Origin: Naegleria gruberi | Taxonomy: Eukaryota | Assembly (NCBI GenBank): GCA_000004985.1 | Contig: GG738845.1 | Direction: 5' to 3' (one strand) | DNA length: 64,000 nucleotides | In this document: positions 20,192 to 31,584 of the stretch, in pieces | How positions within the stretch are numbered: the first letter of the stretch is position 1 | How the letters are laid out: every line of letters starts with the position of its first letter | Position numbers and translations under genes: made by a program | The notes under the pieces: model-generated | The model's input: only the letters and a program-made list of their open reading frames with translations | Told to the model about the DNA's origin: nothing | Database searches by the model: none

Positions 20192-21507
20192 ATGAAACAA
20201 GCTCTGATATCAAAGATAAAAGCCAAAAAGCAAGAAGTTGTAAAATTTGATGAATCTAGTGACGAAGAAGAATCAAATATTACCATTCCACAACCAAGTT
20301 TAAAGAGGGCCCCTTCAAAATCGATACAACAATCAAACAAAAAAATCAAAACATCTTTTGCTTGGAATAACATCCCAACTTCTACAGCTGCTATCACCAA
20401 CAATATCAAAACATTAGAAACTCCCTCCGATGAGGAATCTGATGAGGAATCTGACTATGAAGAAAAGGAGGAATCCACCTCACCTCATAAACACATCATG
20501 ATGTTCACCACCTTACCGAAACAGAAATTGCAGAAATAGAAGAGTCTTTACCAAACAAGGCACCAACCAGTGAAGCAGATTTTGAGAGATTAGTTATAGG
20601 TGAACCAAATAATTCATTTTTATGGATTCAATACATGACATTTATGTTGAACACTTATGGATTCGAAAAAGCTAAGGAAATTGGTGAAAGGGCTGTTAAT
20701 AGAATACACTTCTCCAAGGAAAATGAACGTTTCAATTTGTGGAGTGCAATACTCAGTCTGTATGTGTCAAATAATAGAGGTAATGTGGACAGTGTAATTG
20801 AAAAGGCACTCCAAGGTGCTAGTAAGCCACATCTTATTTATCTACAATACGCAAAGATTTTGAACAAGTTATACGAAAAGAAGAAGCAAAGAATGGATGC
20901 AACTGAAGAGGAAGAAGATTCACAAAGTGAAAATGAGGAAGATGAAGAATTAAAAAACAAGAGAGCTAATGAACTAGAAGAATTACTCACTAAAATTGAC
21001 CAAGTTTATAGAAAGGCCTGTAAAAAATATAGAAATGAAAAGAAGGTATTTGAAGAATATGAACAGTGGTGTATTTCAACATTAAAGGACATCAAAAAAG
21101 CTGAACATGTATTGAATAGATCTTTGAAGGTTTATCCACAAAAAGAACACATTTCCCTCAAATCCAAGTTTGCAATCATTTTATACAAGTGTGAAAATAC
21201 TATTGAGGCAAGAAATGCCATGGAAAACATAATACAAAATAGTCCAAAGAGATCTGATGCATGGTCGATATATTTAGATTGTGAACAACAACATACTAAT
21301 GACCAGAGATATATCAGAGAGTTGTTTGAGCGTGTGTGCAATCTCACAACTCTTTCCACAAAAAAGATGAAATCATTCCTGCAAAGATATCTAAAGTTTG
21401 AAACACAACATGGTGATTCAGAGAGGCAAGAACACGTCAAACAAATTGCCAAAGAATATATCCAAAGCAAACTTGAAAAATCCAAGATTGATACTAATAA
21501 AGATTAA
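20192..21507 (+). CDS. RRP5/PDCD11-like protein comprising only the C-terminal HAT-repeat domain (two ORFs, 20192..20539 and a frame-shifted 20491..21507)
   Basis: The downstream frame reads ..EIAEIEESLPNKAPTSEADFERLVIGEPNNSFLWIQYMTFMLNTYGFEKAKEIGERA.. and ..SDAWSIYLDCEQQHTNDQRYIRELFERVCNLTTLSTKKMKSFLQRYLKFETQHGD... These align with the PDCD11/Rrp5 C-terminal HAT region ([25 protein letters not shown].. and ..TDVWSVYIDM..KRMKFFFKRYLDYEKQHG). There are no S1 domains upstream. The upstream acidic/K-rich ORF ends at TAG 20537..20539, in a frame offset from the HAT frame. Confidence 0.65.
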
Positions 21508-21713
21508 TTCCACTTTAAAACATAGCCTGTGTGGTAAATATTGTATTCTTGTAAAGTTTTTGTATAGTCAACCTCCTTTCCACAATAATATAAACATGAT
21601 CCAGAAGCTGAAGATAGCATAATTACTCTTTCTTTGAGGTCTTGGAAAGTATCTACCGATGCCTCACACTCTATGAAGAGTATTTTGTTTTGTGTCTTGA
21701 CAAATATTTTCAT
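21504..21713 (-). CDS. Small stand-alone ubiquitin-like protein (69 aa, no C-terminal Gly-Gly)
   Basis: MKIFVKTQNKILFIECEASVDTFQDLKERV...YTKTLQEYNIYHTGYVLKWN aligns with the ubiquitin fold (MQIFVKT....DYNI..). True ATG is at 21713. The ORF ends 3 nt before the end of the HAT gene on the other strand. Confidence 0.5.
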   Translation of the reverse strand: MKIFVKTQNKILFIECEASVDTFQDLKERVIMLSSASGSCLYYCGKEVDYTKTLQEYNIYHTGYVLKWN

Positions 21714-21737
21714 TTTTTTTTAATATTAAAATAAAAA

Positions 21738-22295
21738 ATGAGTGATGAAGATTTGAGCGATTCGGAAAGTGAAAATAACCAAGAGGAAGACGAGGAATTT
21801 ACATCAGATGATGAACAGTTAACTGATAATGAATTTCAGGAATCAGATATAGAAGATACAATTCAAAGTGACGATAATATTGAAGAATTCGAACAAGGAC
21901 TAACAATATCTAATAGAATGAGAGTGAAACACGCACGTAAATTATTTTTCGATGACAAACAAAAACAATATAATTCAATAATAGCTAAAGAAGTTTCTCA
22001 AAAAGTTAAAGAAAAATGGACAGATATTATGGATACGGTAGGAGAACAATCAATGTTTGAGTTTAATATTTTAAAAAGTTTGGTAAATGGTGATAGTCAA
22101 TCTACCAAAGGGACTAGTACAACACATACAGAAGAATTAGAAATTAAACAAAAAGGAGATGAATGGGACTATACAATTGGATTGAAAGAGGAAATTGAGA
22201 AATCGCTCAACTCTATTGATGATAAGGAAGAAACAAGCGATACAGAAGAAAATGAATCAGAAGAGGACGAAGAAATTACTGATGATGAGGATTGA
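21738..22295 (+). CDS. Acidic protein of unknown function
   Basis: 185-aa ORF with ATG at 21738 in an A-rich context. The N- and C-termini are acidic Ser/Glu/Asp-rich, and the central region is K-rich. Confidence 0.45.
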   Translation: MSDEDLSDSESENNQEEDEEFTSDDEQLTDNEFQESDIEDTIQSDDNIEEFEQGLTISNRMRVKHARKLFFDDKQKQYNSIIAKEVSQKVKEKWTDIMDTVGEQSMFEFNILKSLVNGDSQSTKGTSTTHTEELEIKQKGDEWDYTIGLKEEIEKSLNSIDDKEETSDTEENESEEDEEITDDED

Positions 22296-22413
22296 ACAAA
22301 TTTTCTTTTGTGTGAGGAAGTGGTTAATTTAAGTATTAAGGCTTTGCCTATTAGAGCTTTAACGAATTACTGAAGTATAAATCAGAATAAATACTTATTG
22401 GTCAAAGTATCTT

Positions 22414-24588
22414 TTATTTTATAGTTGTGGCTAATACTTCTTCTGCCTTTTTAATATAATTCTTAAGCAAGTAGTTTTCTAGCTTTACAAGTATTTGTGA
22501 CATTTTGGGGCGTTTTTCTGGAACCTGAATACAATCAGCAACAATTTCTTTAAAGGCAGCTCTGTAGCTCGAAGGAATACAACTAAATTTGGAATCAATT
22601 TGTTTTTCAATATTACCAATGGAGTAATAGTTTGCAAATGCAATGTGTTCATTGGGATATTTAGCAAAAAATTCAATTGGTGATAAATCCATAAACATTT
22701 CAGCAAGAAGTATCCCATAACTATAACAATCAAGACTTGTAGATGCGGTTTTTGGTTCTAGGAGATCAGAATAGTGAATATAACCTGAAGTTCCACATAT
22801 TGTCCCAGACCCAACACTTTGTTTTACAGCAATATCAAAATCAACAAGTCTCACTTTTGCAATTGTTTTGGGAGAATTTCTATGATATTTCAATGTAATA
22901 TTTTCAGGTTTAACTGAAATAATGCTTAATAAACTCAAGTCTGTAATTACTTACTATCTCTATGAATAATATTTTTAGAATGTAAATAAGAAATTCCTCT
23001 TGCCACATTAATGAGAAAGAATAATAGCTCGAACACATATTCTCTAGTTTCCTTTGTAATTTGGGATTTAAAATCGGAAATAAACTTTCTTGCATTACAA
23101 TCCATTAATTCCATGTAAATGAAAATGGAGGTTTCTGTTGAATTCTTCAGGATTCTAGCATTGTAAAATCTTATAATGTTTGGATGTGTTAGATAGGTCA
23201 ATAAATTGATTTCTCTCACAGTTCTATCTTGATTATTCTGTAAAACAACCTTTTTGACGGCGCAATCTATTTTCCCCGTTATAGGAAGATTGACGGTACA
23301 CTGTACAACCTTACCAGTTGCCCCTCTTCCCAATAAACGTTTCTCGCCTAAAAATTGTTTGAATGAATTTGTGAAATTGATTAATCAACATACCAACTAC
23401 AGAGTATAAATCTTTTTCATTAGGAGATAATCTAACAGACAATCCACCAATACCATTATCACTTCCTTGTCTTATGTAATTATGAGCCTCAATTGAGGCA
23501 ATGTCATATAATTTACCAGGATGAAGCATAACGTCAACCAAAAAAAACTTTTGAATAGTTGGATTTGATGCTTCACAATCAATAATTGATACAACATTCC
23601 AAGCATGATTTCCTCCATTAACATTTCCTCTAACCAAACGGCATCTGATGTCATTTACGAGACCGAATACAAATAAATGATCACATAAATATTTGAAAAG
23701 AATTGCTCTATGTCTACACACTCCAAAACGTATATCTCCTAACATGATTCTTTGACTTTTTGATTTCTTTAAAAAGTTTTCTATAAAAGCGTTTGATAAT
23801 TCTACAATATTATTAGAATTTCCTCCAAAACATGAGTTGACATAATTACTAAGCAGGGAAAATAGCTCCAAAAGAGTTTTGCTGTTGAATTTGTTAGACT
23901 GAAATTTTGTTGTACCAAACTTCTTCATAAATATTGATCGAAACGTTTCTACTATTAACATTAACCCCTCATCCCTCTCTTCATCAATTACAATGATTTC
24001 TCTATTGGAAGAGTTTTTCCTTCCCCCATCAAGAAATATTTTTCTTCTATTAACACTCGAGATATGATCATCAAAATCCAAGAGTGAAGTATTCTTGTAT
24101 TTCGAAGTTTCATCTCCTTTCACAATAGAATAACTAATATCTTCTGCCAGATATCTGAGTGATTTTAGAATGAAATACTTTTCCAAAGATAATATGCTCT
24201 TCACTGTAAAGCATTCATCCAAGTAATGAGTAAAATATTTCCTGATTCTCTCCACTAGGGTTTCAGCATTAATGAATAATTTAATTCTGGTTTGTGAATC
24301 AATTTTCTTTTGATTATCAACCAAACCCTTAATTGTATAAATGTTGTGATGAGAGGGTAGCTGGTTTTTTTCTAACATTGCAATACAATCACGAAATGCA
24401 GAGCTCAATTTTTTCTCTATATCTTTCTTTGCATCAGTAAACGTTGACTGAACAGAATTTCTTATTTTTTTGTCCTTTTTGTATGGGTGATTGTGGTGAT
24501 TTTTCTTTTCGTCATAATAAAGTTGAAGAGCGAGTGCTTGATCATAATCGTGCCTTTCCGAAGAGGAAGCAGAAGGCTTTTCTTTCAT
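22414..24588 (-). CDS. EDR1-domain Raf-like Ser/Thr protein kinase. Three exons, approximately complement(join(22414..22913,22955..23347,23394..24588))
   Basis: The N-terminal exon contains an EDR1-type domain (..FGVCRHRAILFKYLCDHLFVFGLVNDIRCRLVRGNVNGGNHAWNVV..). Intron 1 is GTATGT..TTTTTAG (~46 nt) and joins to the glycine loop LLGRGATGKVVQ...AVKKV. Intron 2 is GTAAGT..TTTCAG (~41 nt) and restores the canonical HRDIKPENI. The rest is DFDIAV..SGTICGTSGYI.. (DFG/APE-like region). Confidence 0.8.
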
Positions 24589-24730
24589 TTTTGATTGTGC
24601 TAATAAAAAAACAGGTTTCTTTCAAGAATTTTTTAAAAAATTCCAATGAAAAGAATTCTGAATTGGTTGACTGGAATTTTTTTTAATGGAATTTTTTACA
24701 TTGTTTAAAGGGTTTTTACACATGATATTT

Positions 24731-26095
24731 TTATTGAATTACAACAACAGCCTCTCTGCCTGCTCCTACACCAATCCACTTTACAGGAACACCAACTTTT
24801 TCCTGAATTCTCTTGACGAATGTTTGGGCATTTTGAGGCAAGTCTTCGAACTTTCTTACCTTTGAAATGTCAGTCTTCCATCCTGGATAAGTTTCATAAA
24901 TGACCTCAACCTTATCTAAATCATCAGCACTGTATGGTACAGTGTCGAGTTCAACACCATTGAGTCTATACCCAACTCCCAATTTAACTTCATCTAATTG
25001 ATCCAATACATCAAGCTTGGTTAAACACAACGCATTAAATCCATTAATCATACATCCATATTTTACAGCAACAACATCCAACCAACCACAACTTCTTGGT
25101 CTTCCTGTGGTAGTACCAAATTCACCACCAATTTTTCTTATCAAATCACCAGTTTCATCTTTTAATTCTGTTGGAAATGGTCCTGAACCAACACGTGTGC
25201 AGTAAGCTTTGATTACACCATAAACTTCTGAAATGGCACGTGGAGGAATACCCAACCCAGTACAGGCACCACCAATACAAGGATTTGATGAAGTAACAAA
25301 TGGATATGTACCAAAATCCAAATCTAACATTACTGCATTGGCACCCTCAAGTAATACATCACGACCTTCAACATAAATTGCCTTATGAAGATAAGTGACT
25401 GTATCAATAATCATTGATTTGATACGAGGAATGAAAATATTCTTATAAGAATCCAATTCTCCTTGGGCATCGTAGCTATTCAATTCTTCGCAGGTTGGAT
25501 ATTGACTCTTTAAAGTTTTCAATAATTTGTTATATTTTTTCTCAAAAGTTTCAAAATCTGAAAGTAAATCTCCTGTACGTAAACCAGAACGAGCTGCTTT
25601 GGTTGTATAGGTTGGTCCGATACCACGTTTTGTGGTACCAATTTGAGAACCACTTTCTTTGAGAACTCCTTCTTGGAATCCATCAATTGCTTTATGGAAT
25701 CCGAAAACAAGATGTGTACGATCAGATATCAGGATACGTTTCTCCAGATCATGTATAACGTTGTCATCATCATTTTTCTTCTTTTCCAACAGATTATCAA
25801 TTTCGGAAAACAATTTTGGAATTTCCAATACAACGCCATTACCAATGAGGTTTATACAACCAGGGGTAAGAACACCTGAAGGTAACAAGTTAGTGGCATA
25901 TTTACGACCTAATTCGTCAACAATTGTGTGACCAGCATTGGCACCACCATTATATCTACAAATAATTTGATGTTGTTTGGCAATGAGATCAACAAGTTTT
26001 CCTTTACCTTCATCACCCCATTGACCACCGATAACAGCACAAACACTAGCTTTTGGTTGTGTATAGTTACTTGTGCTAGATGACAGAGAACTCAT
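24731..26095 (-). CDS. ADSS: Adenylosuccinate synthetase
   Basis: 454 aa with the P-loop QWGDEGKGKLVD, GIGPTY, the TTGRPRSCGWLD motif and a conserved C-terminus. Single exon, with ATG at 26095. Confidence 0.9.
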   Translation of the reverse strand: MSSLSSSTSNYTQPKASVCAVIGGQWGDEGKGKLVDLIAKQHQIICRYNGGANAGHTIVDELGRKYATNLLPSGVLTPGCINLIGNGVVLEIPKLFSEIDNLLEKKKNDDDNVIHDLEKRILISDRTHLVFGFHKAIDGFQEGVLKESGSQIGTTKRGIGPTYTTKAARSGLRTGDLLSDFETFEKKYNKLLKTLKSQYPTCEELNSYDAQGELDSYKNIFIPRIKSMIIDTVTYLHKAIYVEGRDVLLEGANAVMLDLDFGTYPFVTSSNPCIGGACTGLGIPPRAISEVYGVIKAYCTRVGSGPFPTELKDETGDLIRKIGGEFGTTTGRPRSCGWLDVVAVKYGCMINGFNALCLTKLDVLDQLDEVKLGVGYRLNGVELDTVPYSADDLDKVEVIYETYPGWKTDISKVRKFEDLPQNAQTFVKRIQEKVGVPVKWIGVGAGREAVVVIQ

Positions 26096-26337
26096 ATTGA
26101 AACAAAAAGAGAAAATAACAGAATAGTATTAGAGAATTTTTTTCACATTTTATTATTTGGGTTGTCTTCGTGTTTGTTGGTGTTTTATGTATTTTGAAGT
26201 GGGTACTTGCGAACTGGGCACCAGCTTGGTGGGTACATAGGAGATAACTTTACATTGTAATAATTTACTGTGGCACCACTACAATTAGAGCGGCACTTTT
26301 AATTACAATTGTTAATGTGTTAATCCTCTCTTGTGTT

Positions 26338-27829
26338 TCATTTAGATTTCATGGAAGAAACAGGTGGGTCTTGAACAGTCTGTTTGCTAATCAACACATA
26401 ACCAGTCAATCCAGAAACAATTAAACATAAAAATGATGACAAAAGACCAATATCAGAACCAGATCCATGAGAAAATGTAAGAGAAAGCCAAACTAATCCA
26501 ATCATTAAAGATGAAAGAGAAATTGTTGATAAAAAAATATCTGTACCACTAGTAATGTAGTCTCCAAGCATAACCAATGAAATGACAACAGCCCAGATAA
26601 TAATTAAAATTCTAGCTCCAAGTAATGTAGACCACCTATAAATACTAATGGTTGCATCAAACAATTCTCTTGGTGAGTTGAACTGGCCTTCATGTACCTC
26701 ACCTACATTGTATCCATTGGATGCCTTTAAAAGTTCTATCTCTCCATTTGTGCTCACTTGTCTACCAATGATAGTTACACCCTTTCCTAGTGCTGGCTTT
26801 TGGTCAATAAATTTAATTCTAATATCTCCTGCTTCACAACTGGTAAATAAATCAGCAACTTGCCAATCCAAAAGAGATCCTTCTACAAATCCAAATAAAG
26901 TACGCAATGTTTTTTCAAAATTTGATGGCTCATAGGCAGAAAAGAAATAGCCAGATCCAATATATTTGAAATTGTGTTGAGTATTAGCAACAGTTCCCCT
27001 GATGGATTCTAATTGATTTTTAGAGAAGGAGATGGTTCTTTCTGGAATTTGATTTTTTGTAATCAAAGTAGGTCCAATATGATATTTTCCAACTGATACC
27101 CCAGAAGCATGGCTCTTCATACTCGGAAATGGATTTCTTTGAGGATTATGATGTGCAGCTGGTTGGTCGAAAGCTAAACTTGGGATAAGATGGTCAACCC
27201 AGCCTTTTTATCAGAACCACCAAATTGAGTGAAGAATATTAATAAGAGTAAGCTACCCTCCAATTTTAAATACATACCTTTTGTATAATAGTAAGTTCTA
27301 ACTGTAGTTTCAGAGCCATCTCTATTTTTTACTGTTTCGTCTCTAGAACTCTCTATCCACTGACAAAACTCAACTTGTCTTTTAACACTTAATGCATCGC
27401 TAAATGAAAGACCAAAATCATGATCAACAATAGGATAATCAGTTTGAACTTGTTCACTTGGTACGTGGAAGAAAATTAATTTTTGATTATTGGTTTCGGA
27501 TGGTTTTGAATAAATAGGATCGTGAATAATGACAGCCTTATCAGATACTTCGTTGAATGCTCTGATCATCAATGCTGATTCATTCTCAGCATAAAAAAAG
27601 TACAATGGTCCACCAACCAGTACGATGAAAAACAAAAGATATAAAAAGTATTTTACACAAGTATTTTCTATCTGTTTCAAATGATTAACCGATGCAAACA
27701 AAAATAAAAACAAACCTCTAATTGACTGTTATTAATTATTCTAGATCTACCAACACGAGTGCTGAACACCGTCGAAAAAAAGCCTGTATGTCCTCTGGTA
27801 GAAGGATTACTGGGGAAGAACAATGTCAT
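26338..27829 (-). CDS. TMEM43: TMEM43/LUMA-family membrane protein. Three exons, approximately complement(join(26338..27203,27278..27671,27716..27829))
   Basis: VKRQVEFCQWIESSRDETVKNRDGSETTVRTYYY matches human [33 protein letters not shown]. After splicing, KGWVDHLIPSLAFDQPAAHHNP matches [22 protein letters not shown]. A small upstream exon (ATG 27829) gives GFFSTVFSTRVG, matching GFLERLSETSGG. Introns are GTTTGT..AAACAG (~44 nt) and GTATGT..AAAAAG (~74 nt). The track's 'M' at 27713 is TTG. C-terminal TM helices are present. Confidence 0.7.
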
Positions 27830-28072
27830 TGTTATTATTATTTTTTTAATGAATGTATTCTTCTTCTATCGGGGAAGAGAAGCAAACTGAAGAAAAAACA
27901 CGTGGTAAACACGTTTTTCTACCAAAACTAATGGTTGCAGAAATCGGTTCCTCATTACTTTTGGTGGGTCTTTAAGAGACAATACTAAGAGCATTCGATG
28001 TAAAAAAGTGTTCAATATTATTTCATTCAAAAGAATTGTGTAATTAATTTTTTAAAAGAAAGACAGAAAAAA

Positions 28073-31000
28073 ATGCCACCAAAAGACAACAAGAAGATAC
28101 CCAACAAAAGTGCTACATCGTCGGGAGCAGGATTGAATCCAACATCAACACCTACAGAAAAGAAAAAACTGGATGCTCGTATCAAAACTTTAATAGAAAA
28201 TTGTGTAAAGAAGAGACATAGATCATTTTTTGTTGTTGTTGGAAACAGAGCACGTGAACAATTGGTGCATTTGCACTACATGTTAGCAAAGGCTAGAGTT
28301 AAGACAGCACCATCTATTTTGTGGTGTTATAAAAAAGAATTGGGATTTATTGCGTAAGTAGAGTTCAATGATTCGGTAATGTATTTATTTCACATTTCAG
28401 TGATGCCAAGAGTAGAAATAGAACCATAATTAAAAACTATGGAAAACAAGGAGATGAAGAAGTTCAAAAACATTTAAATACCCCATTCAATTTATTCCTT
28501 TCTGCTAATGAAATTCGTTATTGTTATTTCAAGGAAACTCAAAATATTCTTGGTAATACATATGGAATGTTGGTTTTACAAGATTTTGAAGGTGTTACTC
28601 CAAATGTTTTGGCAAGAACTGTGGAAACAGTTGAAGGAGGAGGCATGGTTGTTTTGTTACTTCCAGAAATGAATTCTCTTAAACAACTTTACACAATGAC
28701 TATGGATGTTCACTCTCGTTTTAGAACAGGCCATGAGGATGTGGAAATTACAGCTAGATTCAATGAAAGATTTCTTTTATCTTTGGCATCTTGTAAGAAT
28801 TGCCTAGTTGTGGATGATCAACTTAATATTTTACCTATTTCTTCTCATATTAAGGACATCAAACCAATAGTTTTACAAGAAGAAGAAAGATTGGAAAATC
28901 ACATATTATCTCCTAAGGAAAAGGATCTTGTTGATCTCAAACACAAATTAGAAGAGAATCAACCTCTTGGAACATTAGTTTCTCAAGCAAGATCACTTGA
29001 CCAAGCTAAAGCTATTCTTAAATTTGTGGATGCAATTTCCGAAAAGTCTCTTCAAACTACTGTTGCCCTTTTGGCTTCAAGAGGTAGAGGTAAATCTGCA
29101 GCTTTAGGTCTTGCTATTGCATCTGCAGTTTCATACGGCTATTCAAACATATTTGTGACATCACCAAGCCCTGAGAACTTGAAAACACTTTTTGAGTTTA
29201 TAATCAAGGGTTTAGAAGTTCTCAAATACAGGGATCAACAAGATTATGAAATTGTTCAATCAACAAATCCAGCTTTTAATAATGCTGTAGTTAGATTGAA
29301 TATATTCAAAAATCACAGACAAACAATCCAATATATCCAACCAGAAGATAGTCAAAAATTAGGTCAATGCGAGTTATTGGTAATTGACGAAGCTGCTGCT
29401 ATTCCATTACCTCTTGTTAAAAAGCTTTTAGGACCTTATTTGATTTACATTTCTTCAACTATTAATGGTTATGAAGGAACAGGTAGATCTCTTTCTTTGA
29501 AGCTTTTAGAACAATTGAAGGAAAAAGGTCAAAAACAAACAGGAAAACAGCTCACATCAGCAAGAAAATACTTTGAAGTTAAGTTGGAAGAGCCAATCAG
29601 ATATGGAGAAGGAGATTCCATTGAAAGATGGTTATATGACGTTTTGTGTCTTGATGCTACTTCTGCAGTACCATTAAGTTCCAAATGTCCTCATCCTTCT
29701 GATTGTAACCTTTACTATGTTAACCGTGACACACTTTTTTCATATAATCAAGCTTCTGAGGCTTTCTTACATGTAAGTTAGGACATTATTTTTTATTTCT
29801 AACTCTTTCTGTAGAATATGATGTCTCTCTACGTATCATCTCACTACAAAAACACACCAAATGACCTTCAATTAATGTCTGATCATCCATCTCACCATTT
29901 ATTTGTATTGCTTGGTCCAATTGATGAAAATAGCGCAACATTGCCAGATATTTATTGTGTTATCCAAGTTTGTATGGAAGGTAAAATTAATAGACAAACT
30001 GTTCTTGCAAATTTATCAAAGGGTCTTAACCCTGGAGGAGATTTGATTCCTTATTTGGTATCAAGACAATACCAGGAATCTGATTTTGCTGCCTTGTCAG
30101 GCGTAAGAGTTGTAAGAATTGCTACTCATCCAGAGTATAAGAGAGTATGTAGTAATTAATTTTATGAATAATTAACCGAAAAAAGATGGGCTATGGTACC
30201 AGAGCTCTTGAACTTTTAACTAAATATTACCAAAATGAAATTCAAAACCTTGATGATACACTCGAAGAAGACGAGAAGGAAACTGTTAATGAAGTCAGAG
30301 CTGTAGGATTGGCTAATGAAATTATAAAACCTCGTGGTAAAAACGAACTTCCTCCATTACTTCAATCACTTGAAGAGCGATCTCCAGAGCAAATTCACTA
30401 CATGGGAGTTTCATATGGTATGACACAACAACTTTATAATTACTGGAAGAAGAACGGATTTGCTCCAGTCTATATTCGTTTAACCTCTAATGAACTTACA
30501 GGAGAACATTCATGTGTAATGTTGAAGTCACTTTCTACAACTCCTGAAGATACAAGAAATTGGCTGAATTCCTTTGTTGAAGATTTCAAACGAAGATTCC
30601 TTGCATTACTTTCCTACGATTTCTCTACATTCAACGCAGCACTTACACTCAGTATCTTGGATTACAAGATGGAAGATAATAATGAGTTAGGAAACAAATC
30701 ACTTACTGTTTCTGAAATGGATCAATATCTCTCCAAGTTTGATTTGAAGAGACTTGCCTCTTATTCAAAGAACTTGGTTGATTATCATGTAATTCTAGAT
30801 TTACTTCCAACTTTAACAAGATTTTTCTTTTTGAATAAGATGCCATTTAACTTGTCATATGCCCAGGCAGCAATCTTGTTAGGTGTAGGTTTGCAACATA
30901 AAAAAATAGAAGATGTTGGAAAGGATATTGATTTGCAAAGTAATCAAATCTTGGCCCTCTTCAATAAGAGTATTAGAAAGTTTGTTAAATACTTCAAGAT

Positions 31001-31580
31001 TATTGACAAGCAACGTTTCATCTCTGCCTCAAGTTTAATTCAACCAAAAGTTGAAGATAATATGGAAGAAAGTGAGGATGAAGCAAATGAAACCGATAAG
31101 GGAAATGTTGCATTTGAGGAATTAGATGAAATGGAAAGCGAAGACGAAGATGAGAAGAAACCTGCTTCTAAAGACATTTTGGATTTATTTGAAAAACCAA
31201 TAGAAACAGACGAGAGATTTAAAACTGCTTCCAAGAAAAGAAAACAAATTAGTAAGGACGCCAAGGAAGAAGAGCCAGAAAATAAGAAGAGAAAAGATGA
31301 TCCAAAGAGAAAGGAGTTCCTCAAGCAAGCTATTTCTAACAGTGAATTTAAAATATCAGGAATTTCTGAAGAAGATTTAGAAAAGGGTGTTGAGGAGAGT
31401 GGAGGTAAGGGAGCTCTTGCTTCTGGTTCTGTCATTGTAGGAACACAAAAAGAGGAGCAAAAAAAGGAAGTGAAAAAGTATATGATGAAGAGTGAAAAGG
31501 AAATCAAAGAAATTGAAAAGAAATACCAAAACCAATTATTCAAGAAGGGAGGAAAGAAGAAGAGAGATGTTAAACATTAA
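28073..31580 (+). CDS. NAT10: RNA cytidine acetyltransferase NAT10/Kre33. Four exons, approximately join(28073..28353,28401..29772,29815..30144,30186..31580)
   Basis: Conserved NAT10 N-terminus (..IKTLIENCVKKRHRSFFVVVGNRAREQLVHLHYMLAKAR..), helicase/ATPase region (..ASRGRGKSAALGLAIA..LLVIDEAAAIP..) and acetyltransferase core (..IATHPEYKR|MGYGTRALELL..). There is a basic K/E-rich tail. Three ~41-47-nt introns are GTAAGT..TTTCAG, GTAAGT..TCTGTAG and GTATGT..AAAAAG. Each donor overlaps the stop of a track ORF. Confidence 0.9.
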
Positions 31581-31584
31581 ATAA

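Noticed and set aside
20119-20409. 96-aa minus-strand ORF between bL28m and the HAT gene
   Set aside because: It overlaps the acidic 5' ORF of the HAT gene in antisense. It has a hydrophobic low-complexity sequence, no start context and no similarity. It is most likely spurious.
27174-27713. Treating ORF 27174..27713 and ORF 26338..27120 as two separate genes
   Set aside because: Alignment logic to TMEM43 shows one continuous protein once a 74-nt intron is removed. The tail of the upstream ORF (..TKGMYLKLEGSLLLLIFFTQFGGSDKKAGLTILSQV*) is translated intron.
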